Source: Thermoproteota archaeon
GTDB taxonomy: Archaea > Thermoproteota > Thermoprotei_A > Sulfolobales > Ignisphaeraceae
Direction: 5' to 3'
Assembly (NCBI GenBank): GCA_030550585.1
Contig: JAUQPB010000007.1
Location: 1 to 11,349 of the forward strand
DNA: 11,349 nt
Position 1 is the stretch's first letter; every line of letters starts with the position of its first letter. Positions 7,919 through 11,349 of the stretch are shown one piece after another. Made by a program: the position numbers and the translations under genes. The notes below the pieces were generated by a model, which saw only the letters and a program-made list of their open reading frames with translations, was not told where the DNA came from and made no database searches.

Positions 7919-8440
7919 CTATTTCTCGAAGTTTCTAACCTCTTCTTCGAATTTCTCGGGGCTGCTCTTTAGCAGTATCCTAAAATAGTTTGCTAGGTTA
8001 TCTGCTATTACCACCAGATTCTCCATGTATCTGGGTTTGGGGTTTCCCTCAATGATTTTGTATGTTATCTTTATCTCGTTGTAGAGCTTGTCATCTATGA
8101 TGGCTATAGCCACTCTATGCAGCAATACATTTGTGAAGTTCAGCAAATCTTCTGTAGATAGGAAAACTCTGGCCACCTCAAGATAGCTTCTGATTCTAGC
8201 ATATCTCTTCACAAATGTCTTCAGGTAGCTCCTCTTCCTATTAGAACCCACCCTGCGAAAATGCTTTAGCCTGGTGCACAGCATCTCGAAAGCTCTGCTC
8301 TTCACCATGCCTTTTCTAGCACCAACCAATGCCATCGCCCTTGGCCCATCTTCACTCAAATCTATAGCGATAACGAGACCACCTACACCTACTACCCCGA
8401 TAAACACCTTTAGGCAGCGTCTAGTTTCCACTGCCCCCAT
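7919..8440 (-). CDS. DUF3800-like RNase H-fold protein
   Basis: Intact ORF with acidic motifs in RNase H order: IAIDLSEDG (cf. the hhDES of DUF3800), LKHF (cf. ELHF), IAIIDD, and LVVIADNLANYFR (cf. hQhADhhA). The start is uncertain: TTG 8458, ATG 8440, or GTG 8407. The TATA-like TTTTATAAAA at 8441-8450 favours the downstream GTG. Confidence 0.65.
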   Translation of the reverse strand: MGAVETRRCLKVFIGVVGVGGLVIAIDLSEDGPRAMALVGARKGMVKSRAFEMLCTRLKHFRRVGSNRKRSYLKTFVKRYARIRSYLEVARVFLSTEDLLNFTNVLLHRVAIAIIDDKLYNEIKITYKIIEGNPKPRYMENLVVIADNLANYFRILLKSSPEKFEEEVRNFEK

Positions 8441-8560
8441 TTTTATAAAACTATGCAAAGCCCAAAAGGGTGTACAGAGTGTTGGTCAGCCTCGAATCTC
8501 TTTCAAGTATCTGGTAGAAGCTTAGCATAGTATGTAAGAGAACTCAAAGATTTGGATAAT

Positions 8561-8750
8561 TCACTGAGTGTACACTATAAACGGTGAGTCCAGCACTATC
8601 ATCTCTCCTCCCTAGACTCCCTAATCAGCGTCGCAGAGTCTACTTTCTTCTTTCTATATTCTTCTCAATGCTATTGAACGGCTCTAGAAGCTCAGCTGCT
8701 TTAATACCAACCCCTATATACCTTCTAGCCCTATTCTCGCCCATACCAAC
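8561..8750 (-). pseudogene. Remnant of a VapBC toxin-antitoxin pair (antitoxin C-terminus plus first codons of a PIN toxin)
   Basis: The minus strand reads KAAELLEPFNSIEKNIER, then after a frameshift KVDSATLIRESREER*. Its TGA (8599-8601) overlaps ATG 8602 (ATGA coupling), which starts MIVLDSPFIVYTQ*. A '...DS..LIRExREER*' end coupled to 'MIVLDS' is the typical archaeal vapB-vapC junction. Confidence 0.65.
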
Positions 8751-9139
8751 ACCCAACATATATACTACCTAAACCAACTTTATTATCTTGATGAAACAAC
8801 ATAATAAGGTGCTTCAAACTCCATAGGCTCTCCCTACCATAACCTTATTAGTTGGTAATGGTGTATACAGACTTTCTGACCACTCTTAGATATCTCGTTA
8901 CACACTATTGCTATGAATGTAAGGGGTTTTGGCTTACCGAGAGTTGTTGAGGGGCAGGATCTAGGGGGTGAAAGAAAACTATGCTGAATTGCATAAGAAA
9001 ATTTAGAAAAATTGTGTTTGACCAGATGGATGAAAAGCTGGAAGGGGCTGAAGAACGTTGTCACAAGAGTTGGTAGCTAGCCAGCTTTCCAGAATGTTGT
9101 TCTGATCCTGCAGTTCTCTGTTCTGGTTTTGCAAAGCTA

Positions 9140-9379
9140 TTATTGTGTTGCCTGACCTCTCTCCCTGGTTTTTGCACCTAGCTCTAGATACACCTTGATA
9201 ATGCCTGCTATGGCAAGCGATATTGCGAGTGCTAGCATGAATAGAGCAAGAGCAGTGAGTATGGGTTTCTCGGAGGAGCCTGTTGAAAGACTCGAGAATA
9301 GCGATAGTATTATAAACGCTATGAAGAATGCCAATACAAGTATGTAATAGTCCTCGGCTTTCATGGTGTGAAACCTCAT
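9140..9379 (-). CDS. Small membrane protein with two TM helices, function unknown
   Basis: 79 aa with two clear hydrophobic helices. BRE-TATA GAAAACCCTTAAAT (9401-9414) lies 22-27 nt upstream of the ATG, consistent with a leaderless transcript. Confidence 0.7.
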   Translation of the reverse strand: MRFHTMKAEDYYILVLAFFIAFIILSLFSSLSTGSSEKPILTALALFMLALAISLAIAGIIKVYLELGAKTRERGQATQ

Positions 9380-9437
9380 AGGGTATATCTGCTGCGGGGG
9401 ATTTAAGGGTTTTCTTTACATAAGCTATGGTATATTT

Positions 9438-9462
9438 ATTGAAAGGCTTGTCGGCTTTCAAT
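9438..9462. promoter_or_regulatory. Perfect 8-bp inverted repeat ATTGAAAG-N9-CTTTCAAT, possible operator
   Basis: Seen directly; it lies about 30-55 nt upstream of the TATA box of the 9140..9379 gene. Confidence 0.4.
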
Positions 9463-9499
9463 TGATATGCGAATTCGTGAGACAACTCGTAAAAGGAAT

Positions 9500-9799
9500 G
9501 TGCAAAACAGGATATTGACATGCCGTATTTGTGACTTTGTTGAGGTGGTTGCTGGTATCGATAGTAGGAGATGGGTCTTTAGCTTATGTGGAAACCTATG
9601 GGCCGAGAAATGGGTATCCCTGAAATAGAGAAAGCGGTTTTATTGGCGTATTACAGGATTGGGCCCATATAAACGCAGAACACAACGCTTCGTATCTCGT
9701 TGGGATGGAGCTTAGAGGGGGAAAGACGCCTCTAGCCAAGAGCGTTGGCCTTGTCTCGAAGAGGAGACTGTGAACTGCATGTGCACCTAGGCTCATCAT
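9500..9799 (-). pseudogene. Decayed PIN-domain (VapC) toxin downstream of the DUF104-like antitoxin
   Basis: ATG at 9799/9796 starts MMSLGAHAVHSLLFETRPTLLAR. Single-base changes (GGT>GAT, CAT>AAT, GCA>GTA, CAC>TAC) restore LDANVVYSLLFET, a PIN N-terminus. It stops prematurely at 9596-9598. The 3' boundary is approximate. Confidence 0.45.
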
Positions 9800-9950
9800 C
9801 GTGTCTGAGTCTCTCAGTAGACGATTTCCCGGAAACACCTCTAAACTTCTTGATCAGCCCATCAACACCCTCCTCCACTACAGCCTTGCACTCCTCGCTC
9901 TTCCCAAGGACTATGCTGTTCAACGGCCTTAGAGATGTTGAAGCATGTTG
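9800..9950 (-). pseudogene. Decayed AF2212/DUF104-like antitoxin
   Basis: LRPLNSIVLGKSEECKAVVEEGVDGLIKKFRGVSGKSSTERL, within ORF 9732..10016, resembles the 'LKPLEPhxLxEGEEhxhhh...LKKYRGhLGK' pattern. The expected N-terminus is not recognisable. Boundaries are approximate. Confidence 0.5.
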
Positions 9951-10248
9951 CATTGAGGTAGACCCTGCCAAGCAAGGCATACAACCACGATGAAACACCA
10001 CACATTCTTCAGCCAAACCACGGATTCTCGAGTCCCGTAGAAATCATTTTTACTTAGATCTACACCCCTCCACACCATGGCCCCTCAAACAGTGTAGGAA
10101 ACACCTGTTTTCTGCTACAAGAAAGAGTTGAGCGTGAAAAAGCGCAGCTGGGTTTAAAACCCACCTAGGTCTGCACACCACCCCCAGACATAACGACATA
10201 ACAAAGCCACGAAGAGTTTTGTATCTTTTGATAGGGCACCAAATAACG

Positions 10249-10320
10249 CGGGGGCGGCGGATGATGAGTGGGTTTCGAGCCGAGCTGTGATGTGAATGAG
10301 AACCGCTGACGCCGCCCCCG
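10249..10320 (+). ncRNA. Archaeal C/D box methylation-guide sRNA
   Basis: Box C ATGATGA 10261-10267; 12-nt guide GTGGGTTTCGAG; box D' CCGA 10280-10283; box C' GTGATGT 10287-10293; 12-nt guide GAATGAGAACCG; box D CTGA 10306-10309. It is closed by a perfect 11-bp stem CGGGGGCGGCG/CGCCGCCCCCG (10249-10259/10310-10320). Confidence 0.93.
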
Positions 10321-11265
10321 AATTAAGTATATTATGTGCTATGCAGCTATAAAAGTGTATTGTATGCACCTGCATTGTGTACAGGTATGTATTAAGCCTA
10401 TGCCACATATATGAGGCGGCCTCAGCGAGGTAGAGCCAGTTTGGCGTCTCTCTGTCAAGGGATCAGATTCTGTATTTAGTTTAGTGGGTGTGGTGGTGGA
10501 ACTAGTTAAAGCTATGATTAGAGCCTTTCCAGCGGCTGAACAAGAAATGCTGCAACCCATTTACATTGCTATTTGTGTACTCATAGTGTGGGGGACCAGA
10601 CTATACGCTGGCATCCAAACCCTTTGTGTAGGGCTTGTGAGCGGCATATCCGTCGATAGGACATCTGAATCGAGACCGGGGTCTATAGTCTCGGCTTGGA
10701 ATAGCGTTCGCTATGCCACCGAAGCAGATTTGCTTATATGGTCTGGTTGCAGTTTGAGCTGTTTATGTTTATAGCTATGCTATATAGATAGACCAGCACG
10801 ATTTTCCAGCTTTGATTAGGTTTTGGATAGCAAATGGAGTAACATAACTAGAGAAGAGCACCTCAATGCAATGACTCAACACTATTTCAATTCTTCTCAA
10901 CTATGCCAAGGTTTTACACGCCAAAAGAAGGAGTTGCAACAACTGTCATAACAAGGTATCGAAGCTGATAACAGATCTCGAGCTAAAGCTAAAGGAATGT
11001 GGATGCGATAATCTCTATGCAATAAGCTTTTATCTGTGTTACCTCTGTAGAGTAGACCATAGACCATAAAGAAGCTGTGTGGAGATTGATTGTGTTATGC
11101 TTGTAGAGGTTTCCAAGAGATGGGTTTGCTTTAGATACATAGCTCTATTCAATAAATCTCCACTGGATATTGTATATCCACAGTTCTGAGAGCTGAAATG
11201 GTCATCTAGATGTCTGTCTCGGTATAGCTAACAATGTTTTAACTAGTTTTCTAATAATTTATGTA

Positions 11266-11349
11266 GTGGGTAAGATCTTGGAGCCGATTGTACGTGAGAG
11301 CTTAGAGGTTATGCTGAAGAGGATTAATAGAGAGGCTGCGGTAGTCGAG
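11266..11349 (+). CDS. 5' end of a probable gene running off the window, product unknown
   Basis: GTG 11266 opens 28 codons to the edge (MGKILEPIVRESLEVMLKRINREAAVVE) with purine-rich coding-like composition. TTTTAAC at 11237-11243 is at TATA spacing. Confidence 0.55.
   Translation, partial: MGKILEPIVRESLEVMLKRINREAAVVE

Noticed and set aside
8834-9521. ORFs 9003..9521 and 8834..9064
   Set aside because: 9003..9521 overlaps the better-supported 79-aa membrane ORF in another frame and spans its promoter. Both have His/Ser/Cys-rich composition typical of non-coding frames.
10154-10774. ORFs 10154..10408, 10339..10560 and 10484..10774
   Set aside because: No recognisable motifs, and the first overlaps the C/D sRNA. 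They are likely spurious or decayed.
10920-11070. Cys-rich reading frame (CNNC...CGC...CYLC) suggesting a zinc finger
   Set aside because: I found no convincing in-frame start, the frame is short, and Cys codons are common in TG-rich non-coding DNA.

Overview
The window looks archaeal: BRE/TATA promoters, GGTGA-type Shine-Dalgarno sites, a C/D box sRNA and the gene content suggest a Thermoprotei/Desulfurococcales-like host (inference). From left to right it holds: a coiled-coil/PD-(D/E)XK-like gene running off the left edge; three decayed genes (a GNAT-like N-terminal part, a conserved-hypothetical-like gene, a nitroreductase); and an intact block encoding a membrane-anchored secreted protein, an AEC-family transporter, an MBL-fold hydrolase and a stand-alone TrpB2. 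An accessory island (about 7.45-10.0 kb) follows. It has a two-repeat CRISPR-like unit, up to three decayed VapBC/PIN toxin-antitoxin remnants, a small membrane protein gene and an intact DUF3800-like (RNase H fold) gene. That gene abuts, tail-to-tail, a roughly 67-nt GC-rich structured RNA candidate with its own TATA-like box. This protein+ncRNA pair is the best candidate for an uncharacterised system. A textbook C/D box guide sRNA lies at 10249-10320. All family calls come from reading motifs by eye; no searches were run.
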